A stretch of 54,050 nt of DNA from Octopus bimaculoides (taxonomy: Eukaryota), in the NCBI RefSeq assembly GCF_001194135.2, contig NC_068985.1:32755351-32809400 (forward strand), read 5' to 3'. Shown here in pieces: positions 1 through 10,195 of this stretch. Made by a program: the position numbers and the translations under genes. Position 1 is the first letter of the stretch; each line of letters opens with the position of its first letter. Below the pieces are notes generated by a model. That model was not told the origin of the DNA. It did not search any database and saw nothing but the letters and a program-made list of their open reading frames with translations.

Positions 1-19
1 TCTCTGCCAATCCTCACCT

Positions 20-163
20 GGCAGAGAGTACAGTGAAGAATTCCGGGTGGAGGTAGGGGTCCACCAAGGTTCTGTCCTCAGCCCCCTCCTATTTATCATA
101 GTTCTCCAGGCTATAACAGAGGAATTCAAGACAGGATGCCCCTGGGAGCTCCTCTATGCTGAT
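20..163 (+). mobile_element. RTE-clade LINE reverse-transcriptase fragment
   Basis: Frame 20-163 reads GREYSEEFRVEVGVHQGSVLSPLLFIIVLQAITEEFKTGCPWELLYAD, i.e. the RT QG..LSP.LF motif, truncated at YAD(D). Confidence 0.88.
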
Positions 164-249
164 ATATGTAATTATTAATTTAATATATAAATTGCTTACT
201 TCCATGCTGACTACCTGATAATAATCATTAACATGATTTTTATCCTTAT

Positions 250-1157
250 ATATATCATCATCATCATCATCATCATTTAACATCTACTTTCCATGCTATT
301 TATGGTGCTATTTACGGGCCACTAGCACAGAAGCCAGACAGTTGCTCTGGTAATGATCATGCTCGGACAGTGCTGTTAGTGCTCCACTGGCACAGGTGCC
401 AGTCATCGAATATGGTTCAATTATGATTTCGATTTCACTTGCCCCAACAGGTCTTCACAAGCAGAGTTTAGTGTCTAACGAAGGAGGGGTTGGCATGGGT
501 GCCAGTCGTCGAATTTGGTTCGATTCCGATTTCAAATTCACTTGCCTCAACAGGTCTTCACAAGCAGAGTTTAGTGTCCAATGAAGTAAAGATATGAATA
601 AGTGAGCTGGCTACACTTCTGGCAGAGGCCACAGATTATGCTCTCACTTGACTTGCCGGGTCTTCTCACGTACTGCATATTTCCAAAGGTCCCGGTCACT
701 AGTCATTGTGTCAGTGAGGCTTAAAGTTTGAAGGTCGTGCTTCATCACCTCATACCAGTTCTTCCTGAGTCTACCTCTTCCACAGGTTCTCTCAGCCGCT
801 AAGGTGTGGCACTTTTTCACACAGCTATCCTCATCCATTCTTGCCACATGTCCATACCAGCGCAATCGTCTCTCTTGCACACCACAACTGATGCTTCTTA
901 GGTCTAACTTTTCTCTCAAGGTACTTACACTCTGTCTAGTATGCACACTGACATTACACATCCATCAGAGCATACTGGCTTCATTCCTTGCAAGCCTACG
1001 CATGTCTTCAGCAGTCACAGCCCATGTTTCACTGCCATGAAGCATGGCTGTTTGTACACATGCGTCATATAGTCTGCCTTTTACTCTGAGTGAGAGGCCC
1101 TTTGTCACCAGCAGAGGGAAGAGCTCTCTAAACTTTGCCCAGGCTATTCTTATTCTA
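250..1157 (-). mobile_element. RTE-clade LINE 3' portion (ORF C-terminus, 3' UTR, (GAT)n tail), running into a gap
   Basis: ORF 644-961 contains QERRLRWYGHVARMDEDSCVKK..GRGRLRKNW..V..DL; upstream sequence reads AWAKFRELFPLLVTKGLSLRVKGRLYDACV..MLHGSETWAV; the minus strand ends gcatggaaagtagatgttaaa(tga)n. Confidence 0.9.
395..587. repeat. Two-copy tandem duplication (period 103 bp) inside the RTE 3' UTR
   Basis: ggtgccagtc..ttcacttgcc.caacaggtcttcacaagcagagtttagtgtc starts at both 395 and 498. Confidence 0.8.
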
Positions 1158-1621
1158 NNNNNNNNNNNNNNNNNNNNNNNNNNNNNNNNNNNNNNNNNNN
1201 NNNNNNNNNNNNNNNNNNNNNNNNNNNNNNNNNNNNNNNNNNNNNNNNNNNNNNNNNNNNNNNNNNNNNNNNNNNNNNNNNNNNNNNNNNNNNNNNNNNN
1301 NNNNNNNNNNNNNNNNNNNNNNNNNNNNNNNNNNNNNNNNNNNNNNNNNNNNNNNNNNNNNNNNNNNNNNNNNNNNNNNNNNNNNNNNNNNNNNNNNNNN
1401 NNNNNNNNNNNNNNNNNNNNNNNNNNNNNNNNNNNNNNNNNNNNNNNNNNNNNNNNNNNNNNNNNNNNNNNNNNNNNNNNNNNNNNNNNNNNNNNNNNNN
1501 NNNNNNNNNNNNNNNNNNNNNNNNNNNNNNNNNNNNNNNNNNNNNNNNNNNNNNNNNNNNNNNNNNNNNNNNNNNNNNNNNNNNNNNNNNNNNNNNNNNN
1601 NNNNNNNNNNNNNNNNNNNNN
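1158..1621. other. Assembly gap (N run) followed by (GAA)n
   Basis: N run. The other gaps are 3453-3466, 9445-9747, 30076-30140, 33248-33594, 35667-36154, 46387-46396 and 51077-51196. Confidence 1.
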
Positions 1622-1659
1622 AAGAAGAAGAAGAAGAAGAAGAAGAAGAAAGCAATGTT

Positions 1660-2127
1660 TTGAAACATGAAATTCATCACAATATATTTCAACAATGCAG
1701 AAATTTTATTCATCACAGTAAATACCATTACAATGAACACATTTTTGCGAATGAGTTACAGGTTTGTTTATTCTGGTAACATAAAAATCTGGAGTTCTGG
1801 AGCTGATGAACTTTTTCAATGCACTTTCAGCATCGGTTTGATTTTTGAACTCCTTCTCTCACAGGAAACCATCAAGATGCTTGAAAAAGTGATAGTCAGT
1901 TGAAGAAAGGTCTGGGGAATAAGCTGGGTGGTACAGAACTTCGTAGCCAAGTTCCCTCAACTTCTGGAGCCTCATTAGTGAAACGTGTGGTCAAGCATTG
2001 TCATGAAGAATGATTGGCCTTCTTCTGTTGATCAGTCTGGGATGGAGGAGTAGCAGTTTATACTTCATTTTGGCAATTTCATGGCAATATGTTTCTGCAG
2101 TAATGGCTTTGTCCAGGTTTTAAGAAG
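1660..2127 (-). mobile_element. Mariner transposase C-terminal relic
   Basis: Minus strand reads LHDNA*PHV...VLYHPAYSPDLSSTDYHFFKHLDGFL*EKEFKNQTDAESALKKFISSRTPDFYVTRINK...QKCVHCNGIYCDE*, with the mariner YSPDL motif and internal stops. Confidence 0.9.
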
Positions 2128-2242
2128 TTATAAAGGAAATAAATCTATTTATTCTGATTAAAAATATATTTTCAGAAAAATTCTATCAGATGACATGAGT
2201 ATAAACAAAGTTATTAAAACAAATCCTGAAATCAGTCACAGT

Positions 2243-2825
2243 TTAATTTTGTAGAACTTCTGAATATACAATGTTTCTAGTATGTTCTTTAATTGGGGTA
2301 CAAATAAAAATAGTTTTGGGATTTCCAACTTGTAAACATCCTACATATAGTTGCCCATGAGAGAAGCAAGGAGAAGCAAGGTTAAATCCAACAGCCTTGG
2401 GAGATTGTCTTTGAGATTTGATTATTGACATAACAAAACTTAGCTAAAAAAAAAAAAAAAAAAAATCAGTTAGTGTTGTTGAATCTGGAGCTTCGAGTTG
2501 CTGCTGCAGACGTTGTTGATTGTCTGGATTAAAGTAGACTTGCTGGCCATTCTCTAGATGTACAGCTAGATGGATAACAGTTGGATGCCATAGGCTGCTT
2601 CATTGCTGCTAATGTAGCGTGCCATCTGGTAACACATCTCATCATTCTTGTTTACCTCCTGAAGGCAAAAGCAGCCATGCCTGACCCCTTGTTCACATAC
2701 TTGCACACACACTTTATGGATTTCACAGAATTACAAAACTCAACATTGATGTATGCTTTGAAGATCTTTGACAGAAGGGGACAATACAGCACAATCCACT
2801 TATTGTTGATTTCAATTTCTCACTC
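2243..2825 (-). mobile_element. Helitron RepHel relic with a large internal deletion
   Basis: 2466-2822 reads EINNKWIVLYCPLLSKIFKAYINVEFCNSVKSIKCVCKYVNKGS..YQMARYISSNEAA..HLAVHLENGQQVYF..TTLTDFF (post-Rep region). 2243-2445 reads LSFVMSIIKSQRQS..VGFNLASPCFSHGQLYVGC..VG..RNIVYSEVLQN* (Pif1-type helicase C-terminus). Confidence 0.88.
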
Positions 2826-2873
2826 CCACCCCCGCACTTGCCCGCTAGTATGTAATGTTAGTCATCAGCAGAC

Positions 2874-3160
2874 AATATTTTTCAATCTCTATCCAAGTAT
2901 AATTACTCACATCTGATTTAAAATAGAAATATCCAATGTTAATAAGTTAAGTTGCCTCAAGAATATGGAAAATAGATAATGTAAGTTATCAGCATATAAT
3001 ATTTTTCAATCCATATCTTAGAATAAATACTCACATCAGATTTAAATGTAAAATATCAAGTGTTAATAAGGTAAGTTGTTTCAAAAATATCCATAATATG
3101 TATTGGAAGTTTATCAAGATATAACATTTTCTAATCCCTATCCAAGTAGAAATAGTCACA
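2874..3160. repeat. Diverged tandem repeat, ~124-bp unit, ~2.3 copies
   Basis: aatatttttcaatc...actcacatc.gatttaaa recurs at 2874, 2998 and 3123. Confidence 0.75.
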
Positions 3161-3222
3161 TCACTATAACACTTAAAGCTGTTCATTGACTTTTCTTTTG
3201 TATTTGTTAATAAAAAACATTA

Positions 3223-3441
3223 CTGTTCAAAATAACCCTAAATCAGGGGTTACTTTGAACAGCAACAATTATATAAAAAAAAGTAATCAAATATTGACTG
3301 CAACTTATTTTTATTTCATATATAAGTTTACCTATTTAATTCCACTAACATAGTCAAATTTAGTTAAGATTGAAAAAGGGGTTATGAAATTATTGCAATA
3401 AGAAGTCTAAAACTGTTCAAAGTAACCCATTTCACGGTATA
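3223..3441. mobile_element. Probable end of a Tc1/pogo-type DNA transposon with subterminal repeats
   Basis: The motif ctgttcaaa(a/g)taaccc forms an inverted pair at 3223-3262 and recurs at 3413-3428, just inside a ...ttcacggTA terminus. Confidence 0.5.
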
Positions 3442-3559
3442 TAAATATATATNNNNNNNNNNNNNNATATATATAAACTGAGTGTAATACCAATGCATAC
3501 TTGTAATTACATGCATGTGAAAATTCATGTGTGTGTGTGTGTATGTGTACAAGCATGTG

Positions 3560-4005
3560 TATGTGCAAGAAGTTTGCTTTTGGATTTCATTCTTGCAATA
3601 TGGTACTTTGAGTAACTGAGTTCTACAGTAGCCAAGGGATGACCTATATGTTGTCAGTGGAATGAGTTGATAGAGGAAAATTGTTCAGAAGCCTGTAATA
3701 TAGAAATACACACCCACACTCATTTTTACACACACATACACACACACGCGCACACATATATATATATATGAATGTCTGTATGTGTTTTCGGTGTGTATGT
3801 ATGTTTATGTTGATGTTGATGCTTATATTAAAAAAAAAATGTAGTTTATATTAATGTATCTTTAAGTCCCAGAAAATAGTAGTTTAACAAATAGAGGTCA
3901 ATAAAATACATACTAATATGTACTGGAATCTATATGATCAACTAAACTCTTTTAGAGGTGCCCCAGCATGGTTACAGTCCAGTGACTGTAATTAGTAACT
4001 GAATA
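3560..4005 (+). mobile_element. Degenerate tRNA-derived SINE (family A, internal CA/TG microsatellite)
   Basis: The 3' part ..ggtgccccagcatggttacagtccagtgactg.. matches the family A copies at 8358, 15045, 24290 and 39362. Confidence 0.5.
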
Positions 4006-4825
4006 TATATATATATATATATGTATGTACTTTATACATATATACATACATACATACATGTATGTGTGTTTGTATGTATATATGTGTGTGTGTGTGTATG
4101 TATCTGTATATGTGTATAGCGTGTGTGTATGTATGTGTGTGTGTGTGTGTGTGTACATACTACTATGTATGTACATGTGCATGTGTGCACATATACACAC
4201 ATATATACACAAATTCACACACTAAGTTTCCTCTTTCTAAAGAAAAAATAATCAGCTACATGTGAAAAGCAACTTGAAAAATATTAGAAACAAACAAGCA
4301 AACAGATAGCCAAAAAAAAAAAAAAGACCAATAACCAAAATGAAAGTCAATCAAAATGACATCTATAAATCAATAGCCAAATCAAACATTTGGGTCATTG
4401 ATTATTGCATTGCAGCATGGAGGTAACTGGATGTGTGTTGTCAGGGATTGTAATGCTGCAAAGAGAAACACTGGGAAGAACTATCGACAATATTAACGAT
4501 TTAACATTCATTTCAAATCACGAAAAAGTACGTGATATCATTAAGAAGACAGTTGTGAGGGAGAACATTCTGTTTATGATGAAGCCTGTCAATTCACTAA
4601 AGATGCAATCCACTGGCGACAGGATTCTCATTAGTTGGAAGCAGGTGTTAATAAATAGGAAGCAAAGGAAGAAATGTCATTCTTTTCATTAAACACAGAA
4701 CTTCTTTTTATAAGATACTGTTATCATTCTGAGAGTAATTCTCAGACAAGTCGATTGGATGCTGGTCAAATAACTGAATATAGAATCTTCATAGATTCTC
4801 AAAAGTTTTTAACTCTCTATGGTTT

Positions 4826-5000
4826 AGTTGTTGTTGTTGTTATTTAACCTCTGGTCAGTTCTGATTCACTCAATATTTGCTCAAAGACATTCCAGCCATG
4901 ATCATACTGTTTTTTAAGAAGTATGTAAGCCTACATTATCCAATTTCTCCTTCTTTGTTTTTATAAAGATAATAGGTTGTAATTTGAGGAGAGATTGTTT
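4826..5000 (-). repeat. Interspersed repeat with an (AAC)n tail
   Basis: gttgttgttatttaacc..ggtcag..ctgat..caaag.cattccagccatga; related copies lie near 7645, 27520-27610 (+), 41870 and 48470-48530 (+). Confidence 0.55.
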
Positions 5001-5229
5001 GTTATCTTCAGCAATTTACATAACCACTTGTTGCTGTGTAAGCCCAATCTATCTTGATTTAGTCAAACAGCTTGACACAATCCACAGAACCATTGTTCCA
5101 GATATACTATGCCTCCAGCTAGGTGAAGGTCCTATTACATGCTCAGTGCCATGTAGAGCTCAGTATGGTTATCTGGGGACATCCTTTACTCAATAATGTT
5201 GTTGTTGTTCTTGGTGTTGTTGTTCTAGT

Positions 5230-5478
5230 TACCTTCATTCCTTCTTGAGTCATGTTGATCCTAAAGGCTGGTTTTCCAGTTTTCATGGTGTATAAATTCC
5301 CTATCTTGGACAGGATGCCGATTCATTGAGGATTACTCATTTTTGCCAGCTGAGTGAACTGGAGCAATGGGAAATGAAATGTTTTGCTCAAGAACACAAT
5401 GCATCACTCAGTTCAGGAATCAAAACCACAACCTTATGATCATGTGTCCAACACCCTAACCACTAAGCCATATGCATC
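5230..5478 (-). mobile_element. tRNA-derived SINE with a CORE-like central block
   Basis: The minus-strand head tggcttagtggttagggtgttgg...ggttttgattcc has A- and B-box-like motifs, followed by gtgttcttgagcaaaacatttcatt..ttgctccagttcactcagctggcaaaaatgagta. Homologous to 45005-45290. Confidence 0.72.
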
Positions 5479-5482
5479 CACA

Positions 5483-5635
5483 AACTGAAAGGATGAAAGG
5501 CAAAATCAACCTCAGTAAAATTTGAACTCAGAATGTAAAGATGGATGAAATGTTGCGCCTTACAACGTAAAGATGGATGAAATGTGCTAAGCATTTTGCC
5601 TGCTGAGCTAATAGTTCTGCCAGCTTGCAGCAGTT
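5483..5635 (-). mobile_element. tRNA-derived SINE family B, 5' part
   Basis: Homologous to 38727-38938 (gctggcagaa..ttagc..aaatgcttagc..ttctgagttcaaat); carries a local duplication of gtaaagatggatgaaatgt. Confidence 0.7.
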
Positions 5636-5669
5636 GCTGTTCTAGACCAACCCTGATCAAGAAAACTTC

Positions 5670-6060
5670 TGACCAAAGTCTTGGGTGTAGAAAATTTGGA
5701 AGTGAAGGGTGATTTCATCTGTACAGGTGAAGGTGTTGTTGGAGAAGGTAGCAAGTAGGTCGTTCATGTATCAGAGGAAGAGCATTAGAGAGAAAAGTAA
5801 ACCATAGGGCATATTAGACTATATGGAATGCAGGTCAGAGACATTTCCACTTATAACATCTGACACAATGGTGTGATCTAGCTGTGATCAAAAGACAAGA
5901 TATACATAGAGTCCGCTAGCAGACAATTAAGTTCAGAGATTCACATGCCAGACATGGTTGAATGTTTGCTGATGTGAAGTGCAACAACACTATTTCAGAT
6001 AATTTCCCAAAGGTGTGAGCCATCAGGAGGGTGACATCTGGCAAATGCACTAAACTAAAG
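5670..6060 (-). mobile_element. CR1/L2-like LINE RT fragment (decayed)
   Basis: Minus strand reads VVALHISKHST (for ALDISKAFD) and ..LMLFL*YMNDLLATFSNNTFTCTDEITLH (for LF..YINDL..YADD). Confidence 0.6.
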
Positions 6061-6227
6061 AGTGGGATGTGGAGAATAAGGAAAAAGCTGAGTAAAAATA
6101 AAATGATAAAGTAAATTCATCAACAACTAACTTCTAATAAATATTAGCAACCTGTTCAAAAATGTACTCTGAAAACTTGGATGTCTTTTCTAATTATTGC
6201 AATTATAAAAATAAAAAAAAAATAAGA

Positions 6228-6420
6228 TGGCAACCTGGCAGAATTGCAAGCACACCAGACAAAATGCTCATTAGCATTTTATCTGTCTTTAGGTTCTGAG
6301 TTCAAATTCTGACTTTGTCTTTCAATCTTGATAAATTAAGTATCTGTCAAATACTGGGATCAATGTAATCATTCAGATCCTTACCCCAAATTTCAGGCCT
6401 TGTACCTATAATTAAAGGAT
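6228..6420 (+). mobile_element. tRNA-derived SINE family B copy
   Basis: ctggcagaattgcaagcacaccagacaaaatgctc..ttctgagttcaaattctgactttgtctttc matches 38727-38938 (-). Confidence 0.7.
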
Positions 6421-7000
6421 TATTATTATTATGAAATTATAATAAAGTGACTTTGAAGATGTATGTTTGTGTTTTAATGCCTATAATAGCTCTATCACAA
6501 TTCAGATATAATTTTACTTAAATAAGAATTTGATAAATTTCATTACCTATGTGACATCTTAAATACTGGGTTATTACTTAGGTACAATCTTTTAAGGGCT
6601 GGGTTATAGACACTTTGTCATACAATTTTGCTAATTATTTTGTAACTCTTGAAGGGTAAAAAAAAAAAGTCAATTTCAACAAGACTTAAACTTAAAATGT
6701 TGAGGAGTGAAACAAAATACTTTATAGTAGTTTATCCAGTGTTCCACTGCTTATTCCTGAAATGTTGAAGGAATGCATTGTGATGTTCATGCCTTTGACA
6801 AAACTACTCATGATGTGAGAACATTGAAATACTATTGATTAAATTATTAAAATCAGATTTCAAGCTCAACTTACTAGGAATCTACTTCTTTTATTGTCAT
6901 TTTTCTTACAGGAAAATAATTGGTTCCAAATTGTGTGATTTATAAGAATTGCTTTTTAAATGAAGCTGAACAGTTTCTCAAAATGAAAAATGAGAAACCT

Positions 7001-7106
7001 AAGTAACCTTTATATGTTTCAGGTACAAAGGACCACCATCAGAAGTGAATGGTTTTGTCCCTTTCTGATGATGGGCCTTTGTGCTTGAAATATATAAAGG
7101 TTACTT
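7001..7106. repeat. 45-bp inverted repeat (16-bp spacer); each arm resembles a minimal hammerhead ribozyme
   Basis: 7001-7045 and 7062-7106 are reverse complements at 39/45. The right arm reads cttt-CTGATGA-tgggcctttgtgctt-GAAA-tata-TA-aagg. Confidence 0.65.
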
Positions 7107-7384
7107 AACTTTCCATTTCCACATTGTAAGAAGCTCTTCATTTTCACTATTTGTTATTTTACTTCTATATTACAATGCATCAAACAAACTACATTGCTTT
7201 TCTTTAATTGCTTTTTTATATTACCATAAACAATGATGATGATGATGATGATGATGATGATGGTGATGATTTCTTCACCTAATGAAAGAAAAGTTAAGAT
7301 TTTCATGTGTGTGTGTTTAGATTGATAGAATATTAAACATAGTACAATTAATAAAATGAGAATGAAACTGAAGCCATCACTCAT

Positions 7385-8081
7385 CACATACATGAATAAA
7401 CACATACATACATGCATGCACATGCATGCGCACACACACAGATAAACACACACACACACATTTATGTGCATATGTACATACATGCATACATCTAGTCCAC
7501 AGATGTGTTATCTCCTATCTATGTCTACCACTACTACAATATCCTCTGCTCCTCTCAACTAGTACAACAAGTTAACTAATTGTATCCTATCACCAGTGTT
7601 GTGTTAAGTTCATGGGCAAAATACATAACTTAATGTTGAAACCTTAGTTTTGTTGTTGTTGTTTAACACAAGGGTAACCCTGTTTGAGCAGATGTATGAT
7701 ATATGCAATGCCCACAAGACTACCATTTGACATACGTAGGACATCACAGTGAATCACATGGTTCACAAGGTCTCCATCCATTCAAACTAGTTTCTTTCAA
7801 AAAACATCTCTACCAACTTTATGGAATTTTCCTTCCTTCCACTTCTCAAACATAATGGTTCTGTAAGCAGCAACATCAACAAAACTTGAGCATTTAGTTC
7901 ATTTACAAAAGCTCACTCACCACATATACATGAATAAACACATCCATACATGAATGCACATGTGTGCGCACGCACATATTTATGTGCATATGTACATACA
8001 TGCATACATCTAGCCCATAGATGTGTTATCTCCTATCTATGTCTACCACTACTACAATATCCTCTGCTCCTCTCAACTAGT
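7385..8081. repeat. Direct repeat of ~160-180 bp (7385-7563 and 7921-8081)
   Basis: Both copies contain catgcatacatctag.cca.agatgtgttatctcctatctatgtctaccactactacaatatcctctgctcctctcaactagt. Confidence 0.9.
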
Positions 8082-8357
8082 GGTTGTATAACCCACATAA
8101 ATGTAAGCCTACCAATACCCTATCATTTCTCTCATCACCACTAGAGTGTCTCACAAATCTGTATTAACCACTTTACATAATCCTTCTTTCTCGGAATATC
8201 AACTGTCAGGAATTCTTCTCCTGCCCATAGGTTTCTTACATCTGTCAACTGAAGTACATTCAAACTGAACAACAACTGTATTGATCTTACCAGTTTCAAA
8301 AGTTCTATGAAGATTATGTTTATTTGTTGACTAAACCAGGTTTTGATTTTTTTAATC

Positions 8358-8755
8358 TTTTACTTGTTTTAGTCATTAGACTGCTGAAATGCCAGGGAAT
8401 CACCTTCAAGGGTTTTAGTTGAACAAATTGAACCCAGGACTTATTTTTTAAGTCTGGTACTTATTCTGTCAGTTTCTTATGCTGAGTTACAATGCTAAGT
8501 TACAATGGCATAGACAAACCAGCACATATTGTCAAGCAGTGGTGGTGGGGACAAACATAGACACAAAGACATACACACACAAACACACACACACATGGCA
8601 GGCTTCTGCATAGTTTCCATCTACCAAATTCATTCACATGGCATTGGTTAACCCAGGGGTATAATAGAAGACATTTGCCCAAAATCCACATAATGGGACT
8701 GAACCTGAAACCACATGGTTACAAAGCAAGTTTCTTAACCACCCTGCCATATCTG
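8358..8755 (-). mobile_element. tRNA-derived SINE family A, near full length
   Basis: tRNA-like head on the minus strand (tggcagggtggttaagaaacttgc..ggtttcaggttcagtccc), an internal (TG)n, and the tail ..gactaaaacaagtaaaa. Confidence 0.8.
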
Positions 8756-9219
8756 GGATTCAGTTTACAACATAGCAGAAGTACAGTGCAACATTTATAG
8801 GTGAGGCTGCTAATCTTTGCTTTAGTTTCCTATCTTTTTTACCATGAAGAAGTTGGTGACATTTCTAGAAATTCCAGCTTTGATATTACCTTCTTTCAAC
8901 CCAAGTTGTTTGTTGTTGAAGTTAGTTAAAGATGTGGTTCTTTAGAATAACTTTAAACCTGGCACCTACAACTTGTTGTGATTAGCCAATGGGATTCTTG
9001 AGAGTTTGGCACCCATTCAGCATTCAACAAGGTGGGGAAGCTACCTAATTGTAGAAGTAAGGATAGAGCTGTCTATTTTGGATTAGATAGGGAAAGCATC
9101 CTTATCTTCTGATCATATTTGTCATAGTTGTCTTTATATGTTGGGACCAGGTGTTGCTTTCATTCATTAACTCTATGATCTTTACTGTAGTGAAGTTTAT
9201 ATATATATATATATATATC

Positions 9220-9985
9220 GGTGCCACTGGGCTGGCTCGTGTGCGGGAGACACATGGAATCTTTCGGGCGGGATCGTTGCCGGTGCCTCTGGGCTGGCTC
9301 TTGTGTGGGTGACACATGAAATGCCTTGAGCGGGACGGGATCGTTGCCAGTGCCCCTGGACTGGCTCATGTGTGGGCGACACATGAAGTCTTTCGAGCGG
9401 GATCGTTGCCAGTGCCCCTGGATTGGCTCATGTGTGGGTGACACNNNNNNNNNNNNNNNNNNNNNNNNNNNNNNNNNNNNNNNNNNNNNNNNNNNNNNNN
9501 NNNNNNNNNNNNNNNNNNNNNNNNNNNNNNNNNNNNNNNNNNNNNNNNNNNNNNNNNNNNNNNNNNNNNNNNNNNNNNNNNNNNNNNNNNNNNNNNNNNN
9601 NNNNNNNNNNNNNNNNNNNNNNNNNNNNNNNNNNNNNNNNNNNNNNNNNNNNNNNNNNNNNNNNNNNNNNNNNNNNNNNNNNNNNNNNNNNNNNNNNNNN
9701 NNNNNNNNNNNNNNNNNNNNNNNNNNNNNNNNNNNNNNNNNNNNNNNCATTAACTCTATGATCTTTACTGTAGTGAAGTTTATATATATATATATATATA
9801 TCGGTGCCACTGGGCTGGCTCGTGTGCGGGAGACACATGGAATCTTTCGGGCGGGATCGTTGCCGGTGCCTCTGGGCTGGCTCTTGTGTGGGTGACACAT
9901 GAAATGCCTTGAGCGGGACGGGATCGTTGCCAGTGCCCCTGGACTGGCTCTTGTGTGGGTGGCACATAAAAGACCATTTCGAGCG
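9220..9985 (+). repeat. GC-rich VNTR (62-67-bp unit) derived from the RTE 3' UTR, split by a gap
   Basis: Units start at 9220, 9282, 9349 and 9411 and again at 9803, 9865 and 9932. Consensus agtgcccctggactggctcatgtgtgggtgacacatgaagtctttcgagcgggatcgttgcc. Confidence 0.9.
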
Positions 9986-10195
9986 TGGCCGTCTTCGTGC
10001 GGGTGACACGTAAAAGCACCCACTACACTCTCTGAGTGGTTGGCGTTAGGAAGGGCATCCAGCTGTAGAAACTCTGCCAAATTAGATTGGAGCCTGGTGT
10101 TGCCATCCGGTTTCACCAGTCCTCAGTCAAATCGTCCAACCCATGCTAGCATGGAAGGCGGACGTTAAACGATGATGATGATGATGATGATGATA
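9981..10195 (+). mobile_element. RTE 3' UTR or RTE-tailed SINE with a (GAT)n tail
   Basis: taaaagcacccactacactctctgagtggttggcgttaggaagggcatccagctgtagaaac...catgctagcatggaaggcggacgttaaac(gat)n; the same tail as the RTE pieces at 250 and 31523. Confidence 0.85.

Noticed and set aside
1044-1779. Long ORFs spanning N gaps (also at 9160-10116, 29938-30595, 33080-33747, 35559-36259 and 46163-46594)
   Set aside because: They are open only because N runs and microsatellites contain no stop codons; not real coding sequence.
2831-2849. cccgcacttgcccgCTAGT as a Helitron 3' terminus
   Set aside because: It lies on the opposite strand and at the wrong end relative to the minus-strand RepHel relic, and there is no convincing subterminal hairpin.
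3952-4265. Cys/Val/His/Thr-rich ORFs here and at many other CA/TG tracts
   Set aside because: These are translations of (CA)n/(TA)n microsatellites.
8120-8360. ~80-codon stop-free minus frame (..VRNLWAGEEFLTVDIPRKKDYVKWL..)
   Set aside because: There is no start codon, no coherent splice sites and no recognisable domain.
9220-9985. GC-rich, partly palindromic 62-bp repeats resembling a CRISPR array
   Set aside because: The units are contiguous with no unique spacers, derive from the RTE 3' UTR, and there are no cas genes; the context is eukaryotic.
9996-10060. Resemblance of cgtgc..gcacg-taaa(t)ag..gcgt to a pistol ribozyme
   Set aside because: The loop-pairing partner follows the A-rich linker directly with no P2/L2 segment, and GCGU is not adjacent to the pseudoknot strand. 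Only a simple H-type pseudoknot is supported.
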